Below, piece by piece: positions 12,906 to 24,699 of a stretch of DNA of 64,000 nucleotides. The translations under genes were made by a program, and so were the position numbers. Below the pieces are notes generated by a model. The model had not been told where the DNA came from. It did not search any database and saw nothing but the letters and a program-made list of their open reading frames with translations. The DNA comes from Squalus acanthias. Its lineage: Eukaryota. Within the stretch, counting starts at the first letter, position 1. Every line of letters begins with the position of its first letter. The DNA is taken from the NCBI GenBank assembly GCA_030390025.1, contig CM059432.1, positions 148,306,001 through 148,370,000 on the forward strand, in the 5' to 3' direction.

Positions 12906-13212
12906 TCCGGACTCGAGTCGTCGTTGGCTTGTTCACAGATGTGATTCCCAGTAAAAAAGTAAAAATTTTAAAGCTTTTCGTTTTACATACAGACGGCAGC
13001 TTTTGACACGTTAGAACCCCTGCGACTACACCTCATTGTCTCAGTTGTATCTTGCTATGTCTTTGATGTGGTACCTTCCTGGCTGACTTGATTAACTTTA
13101 TCACACCTCGGCAGATAGTCAGGATGATTTAATTCAGTGGTCTGCAATTGTAAGGTACACATGCTTTGTTCTCTATCTATATATGCTTTGGCGATTCTGT
13201 ATCTAATTTACT

Positions 13213-13254
13213 TCACCTGAGGAAGGAGCAATCGATAGCTCCGAAAGCTTGTGA
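13213..13254 (+). ncRNA. Minimal hammerhead ribozyme motif in the Penelope pLTR
   Basis: tcac-CTGAGGA-a-GGAGC aatcgata GCTCC-GAAAG-CTT-gtga: helix I tcac/gtga, helix II GGAGC/GCTCC, palindromic helix III AGCT. Confidence 0.8.
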
Positions 13255-13344
13255 TTTCAAATAAAACTGTTGGACTATAACCTGGTGTTGTGCGACCTCT
13301 CAATTATATCTGCATTGCCTTGGTTTCCTATCATTCCAAAGACA

Positions 13345-15225
13345 TGGATCATATCCCCAGGACCAGATGGTTTCCATCCATCCGTCTTTCGGATGAGACG
13401 TTAAACCGAGGTACCGTCTGCTCTCTCAGGTGGACATAAAAGATCTCACGGCACTATTTCGCAGAAGAGCGGGGGAGTTCTCCCCGGTGTCCTGGGGCCA
13501 ATATTTATCCCTCAACCAACATAACAAAAACAGATTATCTGATCATTATCACATTGCTGTTTGTGGGAGCTTGCTGTGCGCAAATTGGCTGCCACATTTC
13601 CCACATTACAACAGTGACTACACGCCAAATAGCACTTCATTGGCTGTAAAGCGCTTTGAGATGTCCGGTAGTCGTGAAAGGCGCTATAGAAATACAAGTC
13701 TTTCTTTTAAAGGAAGTAAGTGAAAACATTGCAGATGCCCTAACTATAATCTTCCAAAGTTCTCCCAATTCAAGAACCATTCCTTTAGATTGGAAAATTG
13801 CGCATGTCACTCCACTATTTAAGAAAGGTGAGAGAGAGAAACCCTGCAATTATCGACCAGTTAGCCTAACATTTGTGGTCGGGAAATTACTAAAGTCTAG
13901 AACTAAGGATAGAGTGACTGAGCATCTTGAAAATTTTCAGCCAATCAGAGAGCCAGCATGGATTTGTAAAGGGTAGGTCACGCCTGACGAACCTGATTGA
14001 ATTTTTGAAGAGATGATTGAAGTAGTGGACAGGGGAATGTCTATGGATGTTATTTATATGGACTTCCAGAAAGCATTTGATAAAGTCCCACATAAGAGAC
14101 TGTTAGCTAAAGTTGAAGCTCATGTAATTGAGGGCAAATTATTGACCTGGTTAGGTAATGGGCTGAGCGGCAGGAGACAGAGAGTAGGGATAATGGGCAC
14201 GTTGTGACTTGTGGTGTCCTGCAAGGATCTGTGTTGGGGCCTCAACTATTTACCATATTTATTAATGACGTAGATGATGGGATAGAAAGCCACATATCCA
14301 AGTTTGCCAATGACACAAAGATAGGCAACATTGTAAGCAGTGTAGATGGAAGCATAAAATTACAAATAGTTATTAATAGATTAAGTGAATGGGCAAATCT
14401 GTGGCAAATGGATTTCAATAATAGGCAAATATGAGGTCATCCACTTTGAATAGAACAGAGCACTTTCTAAATAGTGAAAAGCTAGAAACAGTGGAGGCCC
14501 AAAGAGACTTGGGGCGTCCAGGTACATCGATCATTAAAATGTCATGGACAGGTACAGAAAATAAACATAAAGGCTGATGGAATGCTGACCTTTAAATCTA
14601 GGGGACGATAATACAAGGGGGTAGAAGTTATGCTGCAGCTATACAAAGCCCTGGTTAGACCACACCTGGAGCACTGTGAGCAGTTCTGGGCACCACACCT
14701 TAGGAAGGATATATTGGCCTTGGAGGGAGTGCAGCGTAGGTTTACCAGAATGATACCCGGACTCCAAGGGTTAAATTATGAGGAGAGATTACACAAACTA
14801 GGGTTGTATTCCCTGGAAGTTCGAAGGTTAAGGGGTGATTTGATAAAAATGTTCAATATATTACGGGGAACTGATAGGGTAGATAGAGAGAAACTATTTC
14901 CACTGGTTGGGGATTCTAGGACTAGGGAGCATAGTCTAAAAATTAGAGCCAGACCTTTCAGGAGTGAATTTAGGAAACACTTCTACACACGAAGGGTGGT
15001 AGAAATTTGGAACTCTCTTCCGCAAACATCAATTGATGCTAGATCAATTGTTCATTTTAAATCTGAGATTGATAGATTTTTGTTAACCAAAGGTAATAAG
15101 GGTTATGGGGCAAAGGCGGGTATATGGAGTTAGGTGACAGATCAGCCATAATCTCATTGAATGGAGGAACAGGCTCGAGGGGCTAAATGGCCTCCTCCTG
15201 TTCCTATGTTTCTATGTTCCTATGT
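13345..15225 (+). mobile_element. CR1 (HER1-like) LINE, truncated RT pseudogene
   Basis: DWKIAHVTPLFKKG, NYRPVSLT, DFQKAFDKVPH, QGSVLGP, LYKALVRPHLE and RRLRGDLI motifs. (TTCCTATG)n tail. Confidence 0.9.
13381..13707 (+). mobile_element. DeuSINE-like SINE, 5'-truncated, inserted into a CR1
   Basis: Deu-like core gtttgtgggagcttgctgtgcgcaaattggctgcc and L2-like tail. CR1 coding sequence (SPGPDGFHP / KEV) lies on both sides. Confidence 0.8.
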
Positions 15226-16322
15226 CCCGTCGCAATCTTCTTCCTTCCAAGTCCAATTCGTTTTTTCTCTTCATACCTTAGAGGCACAACCTCAACCTTG
15301 TCAGCTTTTCTCTGAAATCTCTCCAAGTATCACTCTCCATACTGTGTTATACATGTTGTCTCATTGGTGCATTTTTTTTTAAACAATAATCTGTTTGAAC
15401 TCGAGCCAAGGAATTCCACACTGCCGTTGTGGCACTGAACTTGTAGAGGGGAGGATCTTCCAGCTTCTGGATCTATATGGCCCGTAATTTCCGATCGGAG
15501 GCTTCCTGCGTGCGGAGGCCTCCTATCGGAAAAAAATCTACGCTCTTACCCGAGGGCTCCCGAGGTCCGGACACTTCTGATCCTGGGCCTCTCCACAGTC
15601 GAAATGCGCAGGGCCCACGTATCCCAGGGGCGCAGGCGGTTCACAAGCGTCCCTGGGATCACATGGGCCAGGCCAGGCCAGCCAATGAAAGAAGGGGCTC
15701 CCCCTTCATACTTTTGACAGATAGACCTGTGACAGATAGACCTGTCAAAAGTATGAATGGGGATCACTGAAAAAAGACACTAAAACATTAAATACATTTT
15801 TTTTAAACCATCACGTTTTTAAAATGAGTTAAAATTACATTACATTTTTTGAAAAAACTAATTAAAGTTTTTTACGGGGCTAAAAATAAACTTACCTTTT
15901 TTAAAAGTATTTTTAAATTATAAATGAGTGAAAAAATTTTTTTTTTTAACTTTTTTAAACTCTTAGGGGGAAAAATTAGGTCGCGCCCCGTTTGGGGCGC
16001 AAATATCGTCTGGACGCAAAAATTAGCGCCTGGCGCTAATTATCGCCACTGACTGGAAACTTCACTTTTACCGCCCCGGGAGGTGAGTGGAGCGTTAAAT
16101 CAGGCGCTGCACACCTGTCTTAAGGCGCAAAGGCCGAGCAGTGAGGCGCTAACTCAACGCGCGAGCGCAGCGCAGGTGCTGCCAGTTAGCGAGGGAACAC
16201 AGACACACTGGCGCCGGCCAGTTCTTAAAGCGGGGGGGCAACTTGCTCCCCAGCCACACCCTGCTCATTGCAGTCTTGAATCTCGGCCTGGAGAGACCTG
16301 TGAATCCATTTTGCTGCCAAGG

Positions 16323-18142
16323 ATGGAGAGGGTGAGAGAACGAGCTCAGCGCTTCACCGAGCGGGCCTTGGATGCTCTGGTTGGCGCGGTGGAGCGCAGA
16401 AGATCTATACTCTTCCCTGAGAGTGGCAGGAGGCCTTTGCCAAGCGAGTACAGAAGAGTGTGGAGGGATGTGGCTCAGAGCGTCTCCTCCAGGAGCATGG
16501 TGCCCAGGACCCATGTTCAATGCCGCAAAAAGTTCAACGACCTCACTCGGGTCGTCAGGGTGAGTGGCTTTTTCTCAATACCTCTCCATCCCTCCATCTC
16601 AACCTCACTCTATGGCCAGAGGGTCTTAAAACCCCAATGCACAACACTCATCCAACACCTATGGCCCTTTCATGAAACACACACACACATTCCACACTTT
16701 GCATACAGTAAGGGCTATTCACCTATGGGAGGCACATCAGGCAAGACCATGGCTGCATACAGTAAGGGCTATTCACATATGGGAGGCACATCAGGCAAGA
16801 CCATGGCTGTATATTTACTCAGATGCTGTCCTTTTTCTTGCAGGCCAAGCTGGCGCATAATAGGAGACAGCAGCAACGGACAGGTGGAGGGCGGCCTCAG
16901 CTGCAACCCCTCAGCGATCTTGAGGAGCGCGTCCACAGGATTGTGGCAAGCCGGGTGATCGGTCCCGTCGCCACTGGAGACGCCGACCCCGTTTTGGACA
17001 GCAATGGTAAGGTCATCACCTTTTTGTCCTCTGTCCTTCCACTTGTCCCTCACAACACCAGCCTTTGACACTTTCAATCCAACTTGCTAACTCGCTGCAC
17101 TTATTCCTCCCTTACTGCCACCCTGTCCTCATGCTAAAGCCACTCTTGTACCTCCCTGCTTTCAGATGGTGATTCACCAGCTGAGGAGACGGGCCCTGAA
17201 GCTGCCAGTGGGAGTGAAGCTGCAGCCGAGGAGGAAGAGGAAGCCGGAGCATCAGTGCCACCCTCTCCCGAGGAAGCCCATGCCCACACTGGGAACACGC
17301 CTTCCCTGGAGGGGAGCAGGGGGGAAGGGTCTGATGAGGGTGAAGCTCCAGGACCCAACGGGCTGCAGCAACGCCATGGGGGTAGGGAAGAACGGGGGCC
17401 TTCTCCCCAGAGGGAGAGTATGCCAGCGACTCCTACTGCAATGGACGCAGAGGAGGAGCGGCTGATCGCAGAAATGAACACCCAGGCGGTGGGCATGCAC
17501 ACTGAGCTCATGGGTGCAGTGGGAAGGGTGCCCGAATGCATTGAGTCACTGGCAAGGAGTGTGGAGCACTTCGCTGTAGCACAGGCGGATGCCACACTAA
17601 AGCTTAGTGCTGCAATTCAGTCACTGCCTGCCGTGATCCCATCTCTGACTGCTCTCATGCAGACTCAGATTGAGGCCACGCGAGCACTGACTGCTGCCAA
17701 CCTCGATGGTTCGTTCACATGTCCCCGGGGCTGTCACCGCGCCGCAGCAGGCCAGCAATCTGTGCTCCAGCAGATCGCTCCGGATGCTGAAGTGCTGCCC
17801 CGTGGGAGTGCCAGTGTGTCGGTCGAGCAGGGAGTTGCTGTCCTCTCTCACGATGACAGCATTCCTGCTGCCAACACTGTCACTTCTCCACTGCACTTGC
17901 CACCGCCTGTAGGACAGACTGCTGCCGCCCATGCAGAGTTGGTGCAGTCTGCAGCCGGGCCCTCCAGGCCCAAAACTGGTCGAGGCCGTCCTTCAGGGGC
18001 ATCTGCAGTGTCAGGGTCTGACAATCAGCAGCCTTCCACCAGCCTTGCTGCAGCCACTGAGGTCCCATTACGGAGGAGCAGTAGGGTTAGAAGGGGGGAA
18101 GTGCGCAAGGGAAGGAGATCACCCTCGAAGGGCAAAAAGTAG
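16323..18142 (+). CDS. Harbinger Myb/SANT-like DNA-binding protein; predicted exons 16323-16559, 16844-17006, 17166-18142 (458 aa)
   Basis: Exon 1 reads RAQRFTERALDALV..LFP..WRDVAQSVSS..RTHVQCRKKFNDL and exon 2 reads AKLAHNRRQQQRTGGG. GT-AG introns are in phase 0 and 1. The joined 1377 nt is open into ORF 17255-18142. Confidence 0.85.
16700..16807. repeat. 54-bp tandem duplication in intron 1 of the H1 Myb-like gene
   Basis: tgcatacagtaagggctattcac(c/a)tatgggaggcacatcaggcaagaccatggc occurs twice with 1 mismatch. Confidence 0.95.
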
Positions 18143-18453
18143 GAGGTGTGACAAAATGCTGGTCATTTTTTTATTAAAGGCCGAGGTTCGTGGTCCAACT
18201 TTTGTCTAGTGTTTTGGACATTATCTCCAGGTTGTGAGAACCAGTTATGTTAATGACTGTTTTTTGTGTTTATTTCTATGAGTTTGTCATGAGGAAATGA
18301 CACACACAGAGTTTGTAAAATAAATAAGTTTTTGTATTCAAAATATACATGTTTGGTGTTTGGAATCATTGGTGCCTTGGCCGGCTTAGGGGTTGCGTGC
18401 TGGGTTCATTGATGTTGTTAGCAATGGCAGAAGCCATTTCCACAGCAGGGGCC

Positions 18454-20031
18454 CTAGAAGCGGCTTGCTATCAGCCGTTGACGGACGGCCCTTGCAGTTT
18501 CACCATTGTGGGCTGCCCTCCCGCCTTGGTGCTGCTGATGATCATCCTCCTCGTCCTCTTCCTCCTCCTCCTCTGGTGGTGCTCCAAGGCCTGGTGGCAT
18601 TGGCTGGGTCCTGACGATTGCCATGTTATGCAACATGCAGCACACAACTACACGGTGGCATAGTGGTTAGCACTGGTGTCTCACAGCGCCAGGGACCCGG
18701 GTTCGAATCTGACCTCGGGTGACTGTCTGTGTGGAGTTTGCACATTCTCCCCGTGTCTGCGTGGGTTTCCTCCGGGTGCTCCGGTTTCCTCCCACAGTCC
18801 AAAAATGTGCGGGTTAGGTTGATTTGGCTATGATAAATTGACCCTTAGTGTTAGGGGGGGATTAAATATGTGGGGATAGGATGGGATATGTTAGGTGGAA
18901 TTAAATACGTGGGGTTACGGGGGTAGGGTGGGATATGTGTACTGTGGGGATTAAAGCAGGGACAGGGTACTGGATTTGGATGATCAGCCATGATCGTATT
19001 GAATGGTGGAGCAGGCTCGATGGGCTGAATGGCCTACTCCTGCTCCTAGATTCTATGTTTCTATGTATGTTAACTACGAAGTTGGATACTCGCTCAGGCG
19101 AGTACTGCAGGGCTCCTCCAGAATGGTCGAGACAGCAGAACCGTTGCTTCAGCACGCCGATTGTGTGCTCAATGATGTTCCTGGTAGCTTGATGGCTCTC
19201 GTTGTACCGCAGCTCAGCAGGGGTGTTGGGCGTACGGAGCGGTGTCATCAGCCAGGTGCTCAATGGATACGCCTTGTCCCCGAGAAGCCAACCAACTGGC
19301 TGATGCGGTGCCTCGAAAAGTTCTGCCACAGTAGTCTGGCGCAGGATGAAAGCATCGTGGCAGCTGCCAGGATAGTGGACATTGACAGCGAGTATCAGCT
19401 GTCTGTGGTCACAGACCAACTGAACATTCAAGGAATGGAACCCCTTTCTGTTCCGGAAATCCTCGGCATTCTCATGTGGAGCACGCAAAGTCACATGCGT
19501 GCAGTCAATGGCGCCCTGCACCATGGGGAAGCCCGCTATCCTCGCAAAGCCCAGAGCGCGGTCACGCTGCTTGTCTAGGGTCATGGGGAAAGAGATGAAC
19601 TCTCGTCTCCTTTTAAAGAGGGCATTTGTGACCTGCCGGATGCAGCAATGCACCGTGAACTGGGAGATATTGGCGAGGTCCCCAGCAGCAGCTTGAAATG
19701 AGCCAGTAGCATAGAAGTTGAGAGCCACTGTGACCTTCACTGCCACCAACAGAGACGTCCTGGACCTCAGTTGAGGCTGCAGATCTGGCTGCAGCAGGTG
19801 GCAGAGCTCAGTGACCACCTCCTTGCTGAATCGCAGCCTTCGCAAACACAGCTCCTCAGACATATGAATGTTGGAGAGCTGTTCACGATATACCCTGGGA
19901 GGGTAAGCTCTCCTGTACAGACGCCTGTTGGCCCTCCTCCGTCTGGCCATCATTGTCACTCTCTCTCTGCGTCTCTGTGTCCTCCGATTCAGCTGGAGCA
20001 GGACGACGCCCCCATTCAGTGCAGCCCCCAT
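18454..20031 (-). pseudogene. Harbinger (HARBI1-family) DDE transposase of H1, 383 aa when the SINE is removed
   Basis: GAIDCTH, GSCHD, LLGDKAYPL, RNIIEHTIGVLKQRF and VCCMLHN motifs. The frame is restored by deleting 18646-19071. Confidence 0.92.
18652..19071 (+). mobile_element. HE1/V-SINE-type tRNA-derived SINE with CR1-derived tail, AACTAC TSD
   Basis: A box tggcatagtgg, B box ggttcgaatc, V-domain (gtggagtttgcacattctccccgtgtctgcgtggg) and a CR1-type 3' tail. TSD at 18646-18651 and 19072-19077. Confidence 0.9.
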
Positions 20032-23000
20032 AGTCTCTTTGCAAGCAAAGTTATGAAGGACAGCAACCAAAGTACCAGCGAAGTTAGGATCAGTAGGCAA
20101 AACTACCTCACAAAGCGTTGACTCAATGCAGAAGTCTCTCTTTCTCTCTCTCCGAATCTCTCTCTCTCGCTCAGAACGAGTGGTGCAAAAATGTCAACCA
20201 CAGAAAAAGACAGGAAGAGGCCCCCTTTAAATAGCGCCCCCCCCCCAGCCCCACAGCGATTGATAGCGTTCCAGTCTTCCGGTCGTTGGATGCGCCAGGC
20301 GGTAAGGCAGGGGGCGCCACTCAATTTCCGCTCCGGGGCGCCACAAGGGCGTTGCACCATGGAATGACGTCACAATCTGCGCGCGCAGGTGGTCGTGGCG
20401 GTAAAGTTTAGCGCCGCCGCACAATGTCTAGTTAAGTTCCCGAGCGGCGCAAACATCGCTGCGCCCAGGCGCTAGCGGCTTTGCGCCCCATTAGCGCCCT
20501 CTTAAGGCGCTAACGGGAGGCGCAACCAACTGAATTTTTCCCCCTTATACTGGTAAAAGCAGGCCTTACGCAGGCCTTTACCAGGCGTAAGATTTCTAAG
20601 GGTTTTCTGCGGGCGGAAGTTCTGCAGAAAGCGGAACTCTCCACCCGCAGAGGCCCTTCTCCAGGGCAGGCGGAGGATCTGTCAGGAGCATTCTTCACAG
20701 ATCGGAAATGCCGGTTTTCAGCGCATGCGCTTCGCATGCCTGAAACCGGCATTTCCGATGTCCCTACGGGTGTGTACACAGCTCGTACCCACCCGTAGGC
20801 ATCGGAAAATACGGGGCATATGTTTTTCTCAAAGTCAATACATTAATCCAGGTCTGATAAAAGAAATCTGCCCTTACTCTATCTGAAAACATTATTCTAT
20901 GGTGCATTTCCCCGCCTACCTTCTGCTTTGTTGCTATGTTCAAATATAATCAACCCCACCCAGACACGCTGGGGTAAATTTTCATCTTCACTGCATGGAG
21001 CAGATTGCCTAACCATTATAGAACCCGTACAATTTTCATCTCATCGAAATCATTGAGTGTTTTCCAGCTACTGAGAGCAGTTATTAGTATTCTTGGATAG
21101 ATTGACACTGAACGACCCTGATGTCGTGCTGTGTTCAAATAGCTGAAGTTAAATATAGACCCAGGACTAATGTACTTAAATTAATTACTTTATTTCAGTG
21201 GAGTGTGAGATTGCCATTAAGACAGAAAAAAATTCTGCCCCCATTTAAAGGCAAACAAAAAAAACATATCATTAGATGTCCTAATTAAGCAAGCTCTTGG
21301 ATGTTGACAATAGTAGTTTGGAAGAGTATTTTTACCAGTATCAGAGAGCAAAGTGAAACTATTATCTGGTAACAAAAGTCTGCTCATGATCTCCAAACAG
21401 GTCTCCTTAAAATAAAAAACATTCACTTTCAACATTGTTTATAAATGTCGAAATAAATCAGTGGTGGGGATCTATGCAAATAGGTGTTTTATATATTAAA
21501 TACAAGTCATTTGAAAGCAACACATTTTCATAGCAGCCAGATCCAAGTTGCACCTTCTGGGCAAATCCTACAAACTAGCGGTGCTGATGCAGAGCTTTGC
21601 TTGATGGGAGTAAATATTGGGAATCCAGGTGCAGAGGTCACTGTGCCCTGCATGCTTCTCCATCCACGAATTTTAATGGGCAGGAAGCCATGTCCCCCAT
21701 TTCCCATTATGTCTTCCTGGGCATGAAGCGCTAGGCTGGGAGTGCTGTCAGTAGTTTTCCAAGCCCATCTCCAATAGCCTAATCACCTTTTGGGGGTTGC
21801 AGGAGGTTGCTGAAAGACCTTTTTCAAAGCCACCAATCTGAAAAAGTTGCCCACCACCTCTAAGGCCCACTTTCTCTGGGCTCTCTACCATTTGGGCTTC
21901 AGCCAGGTGGAGACTCAGCAAAATGACACGGGAGGCATATTGATGTCATTCGCACATCATTAAACATAACACTTAAAATGGTCCCACCTGTTTCAGATGA
22001 GGGCTGGACAGGGGGCTGCCCCAGAAAATGCGTATCAAACACAAAAGGGGTGGAGGCCTGGTGGAACAGGTCTCCACTCCACTTTCTGCTACCCAATACG
22101 TCAGAACTAAGGGTACATGAGGCATTGGGCAGAGGAAAGTTGTTGCCATTATTTCAGTTAATTTGCTGTGTTACAGTGATTGGTGAGCCGCTGTCTGGTT
22201 TATGCTGCAGTCGGAACGATAAACATCAGAAACTGGAGTCAAGGCAGTGGACTACTTGTGAGCACAGTTTGAAATAAGAACGGAAAATTAGCATAGAGGA
22301 GAAAGGAAGATATTGGATATTGAAGTGATATCAGGAAAACTATTTAGTGAAATAGCTATGTAAAAGTTCATTAAAAAATGTTCCTGTAGTGCAAACCATG
22401 TGTACACCAAGCTACAGTGAACTTCTCTATAATGTGTGATGAAATGGAACCAACATTAAAAATCAACAAAAATGTGTCTGTAAATTGCTGATTTAAATAT
22501 GGGACTCAGACAGCTGCAATTTCAAATGTAACCTGTGGTTTTTGTTTCCAAAAGGAGACTGGATTTGGCGAATTAGCACATCGCTCCAGTGTTCTTTATA
22601 TCACTACACATAGTGGCCGCAACATTCAGAGGTCCAATGGTGGCCTTTCAGGCCAGTTTTGCTGAAAATATTTGCAGCCGCCACGCTTCCGCGGCGGCAT
22701 CCATTTTGGGGAGGTCGGTAGCGCTGCCGTCGCCAGCGCTCGCTCCAGATATTTAGATGAGGCAGATCGTGACGTCAGTAAGGGCACAACGCTGATTTGA
22801 CGCACGATCTGTCATTTTCGACGACGCCGCTCCATTCAACGCCCTCTTCTAATCACGACCAGCTGGCCAAGTGTTCAGCAGCAGGAAGGACCCCCCAGCG
22901 GCGATATTTAAAGGGGTCGTCAACAACTTGCAGCTGACTGGCTCTTTCAGTTCTACTGGCTCTGTCTAAGTTTCTGCAACTGTTTGGAGCTTTCTAGAGT

Positions 23001-23097
23001 TGTTTAAAATTGCTGCGGTGACAGGGAGTGTTGCTGCAAGTGGAGAACGCCTTGCTTCTCATTGAAAGGGTTCTGCTCACACCACTTTCTCCCAGTC

Positions 23098-24126
23098 ATG
23101 GGTGCTCTACTTGCAGTCCCCCCTCGCACTCGAGTATGACAGGGAGATGGAGTGGAGGCAGTGAAGAAGAGGACAAGATGCTCACAGAGGGAGGAGGAAG
23201 AGGGGCAGGAGGCCTTGCCCACCTAGGGTCTTCTGAGAGCACTTCTCCTACCTGCACTTAGGAGGCTCCGCTTCATCAAGGAGGTGGTCACAGAACTCTG
23301 CCACCTCCTGCAACCAGACCTCCAGCCTCAGATCAAGGCGACCACAGCTCTCCCAGTGGCCCTCAAGGTCACCGTGGCCTTCAATTTTCTCACCACCGGA
23401 TCCTTCCAGTCTGGAGCAGGAGACATAGCTAACATCTCCCAATTCGCTGTCCATCACTCCATCCGGGAGGTCACAGAGTCTCTCTACTCCAGGAGAAGGG
23501 ATTTCATTGTCTTCTCTCTGAACAGAGAGAAGGAGGAGGAGCCACCTGTGGCTAAGCCAGGATAGCGGGATTCCCCATGCTGCAGGGCACCATCGACTGC
23601 ACACACGTGGTTTTGCGGGCACCGCATACAATGCTGAGATGTTCTGTAACCACAAAGGCTAACACTCATTTAATGTGCAGTTGTTGTGCGACCATGCCCA
23701 GCGCATCATGATGGTGAATGCCCGCTATCCTGGCAGCATTCATGATGCCTTCAGCCTGCGCCAGCAATCTTCCAGCCACCACGTCAAACTCGAGGGTGGC
23801 TGCTCGGAGACAAGGGTTATCTGCTCTGCACCTGGATGATGACCCTCCTCCGCAACCCCACCACTCGTGACCAGCACTCATATAATGAGCGCCATGCTGC
23901 CACGAGGAATGTCATCGAGCAGACCATCAGGGTGCTCAAGCAACAGTTCCGCTGGCTTGACTGCTCGGGAGGAGCCCTCCAGTACTCGCCGGAGCGGGTG
24001 TCCCATTTCATGGTGGTCTGCTGCATGCTTCACAACTTGGCCATCATGACCGTGCAGCCCTTGCCACCACGGGTTCCGGGACCACCTCAGGAGGAGTAGA
24101 AGGAAGAGAAAGAGGAGGAAGAGGAG

Positions 24127-24160
<34 letters not shown>

Positions 24161-24326
24161 TGGTGGAGGAGGAGGAAGAGGAGGAGGAGGCAGAGGAAGA
24201 GAAGGAGGAGGAGGAGGAAGAGAAGGAAGAAGAGAAGGAGGAGGAGGAAGGGAGGAGGCAGGAAGCAGTACCCTGCTTTCTAGATGGGCTGTCCGTGAGC
24301 GCCTCATCAGACTCCGGTTCCAGTGA
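23098..24326 (+). pseudogene. Harbinger transposase pseudogene of H2
   Basis: VTELCHLLQPDLQP, KVTVAFNFLTTGSFQ, GTIDCTH, YNERHAATRNVIEQTI and VVCCMLHN appear in several frames. Confidence 0.9.
24090..24262 (+). repeat. (GAG/GAA)n microsatellite, poly-Glu tail of the H2 transposase
   Basis: Purine triplet run read directly at the position of the acidic tail seen in H1 and H3. Confidence 0.9.
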
Positions 24327-24365
24327 ATGACACCCCAGATCCCCGTTGCTCACCACTTCCCCATC

Positions 24366-24560
24366 TTAGAATCATAGAATGGTTACAGCACGGCAGAAGG
24401 CCATTCGGCCCGTCGAGCCCGTGCCGGCTCTCTGCAAGAGCACCTCAGCCAGTCCGACTCCCCCGCCCTTTCCCCGTAGCCCTGCAACATTTTGTTCTTT
24501 TGGCTACTTATCGAGCAGTGATTGAGTCTGCCTCCACCACCCTTTCAGGCAGCGTGTTCC
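24366..24560 (-). mobile_element. CR1-type 3' tail fragment
   Basis: tagaatcatagaatggttacagcac..aggccattcggccc is the reverse complement of a CR1 3' terminus. Confidence 0.7.
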
Positions 24561-24699
24561 ATCACACCATCCCTCTGTCACGGAACATCACAGCGTCCTC
24601 CTGGGCACCAAGCTGAAATGAGAGCCACCACAAAACACACATTCCAAACAAAATTCATAAATTTATCAAATTCAAATCAGAAGAACAAAGTCAACTAAT

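Larger units (their letters stand above)
12025..13304 (+). mobile_element. Penelope-like element, 5'-truncated, with inverted pLTR and 13-bp TSD
   Basis: TSD TATATCTGCATTG at 12012-12024 and 13305-13317. 12060-12217 is the reverse complement of 13148-13305. A GIY-YIG domain remnant lies between them. Confidence 0.9.
15966..20544. mobile_element. PIF/Harbinger DNA transposon H1, full length (4579 bp)
   Basis: Perfect 12-bp TIR GGGGGAAAAATT, TTA TSD (15963-15965, 20545-20547), and convergent Myb-like and DDE transposase genes. Confidence 0.95.
15479..20817. mobile_element. Hairpin-rich MITE (~757 bp net) that hosts Harbinger element H1
   Basis: TIRs GGCCCGTAATTTCCGAT and reverse complement GCCCCGTATTTTCCGAT. 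Both halves align to MITE 45101-45844 (gggatcac.tg, aaaataaacttacct, ccggttttcagcgcatgcgc). Confidence 0.75.

Noticed and set aside
16083..16958. 291-aa ORF as a single-exon protein
   Set aside because: Similarity to SANT domains stops at the GTGAGT donor at 16560. The remainder is intron read-through and off-frame exon 2.
18652..18725. Functional tRNA gene
   Set aside because: The A and B boxes belong to a SINE head that continues into V-domain and LINE-derived tail sequence.
18901..19071. C-terminal extension NIHRNIESRSRS... of the 399-aa ORF
   Set aside because: This is read-through into the antisense SINE. The real C-terminus resumes at 18645.
18454..20100. Domesticated host gene HARBI1 (and NAIF1/MSANTD for the partner ORF)
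   Set aside because: It lies between TIRs with a TSD, has several paralogous decayed copies nearby and is interrupted by a SINE, so it is a transposon gene.
24044..24356. Poly-Pro and poly-Ser ORFs on the minus strand
   Set aside because: They are antisense translations of the (GAG)n microsatellite.
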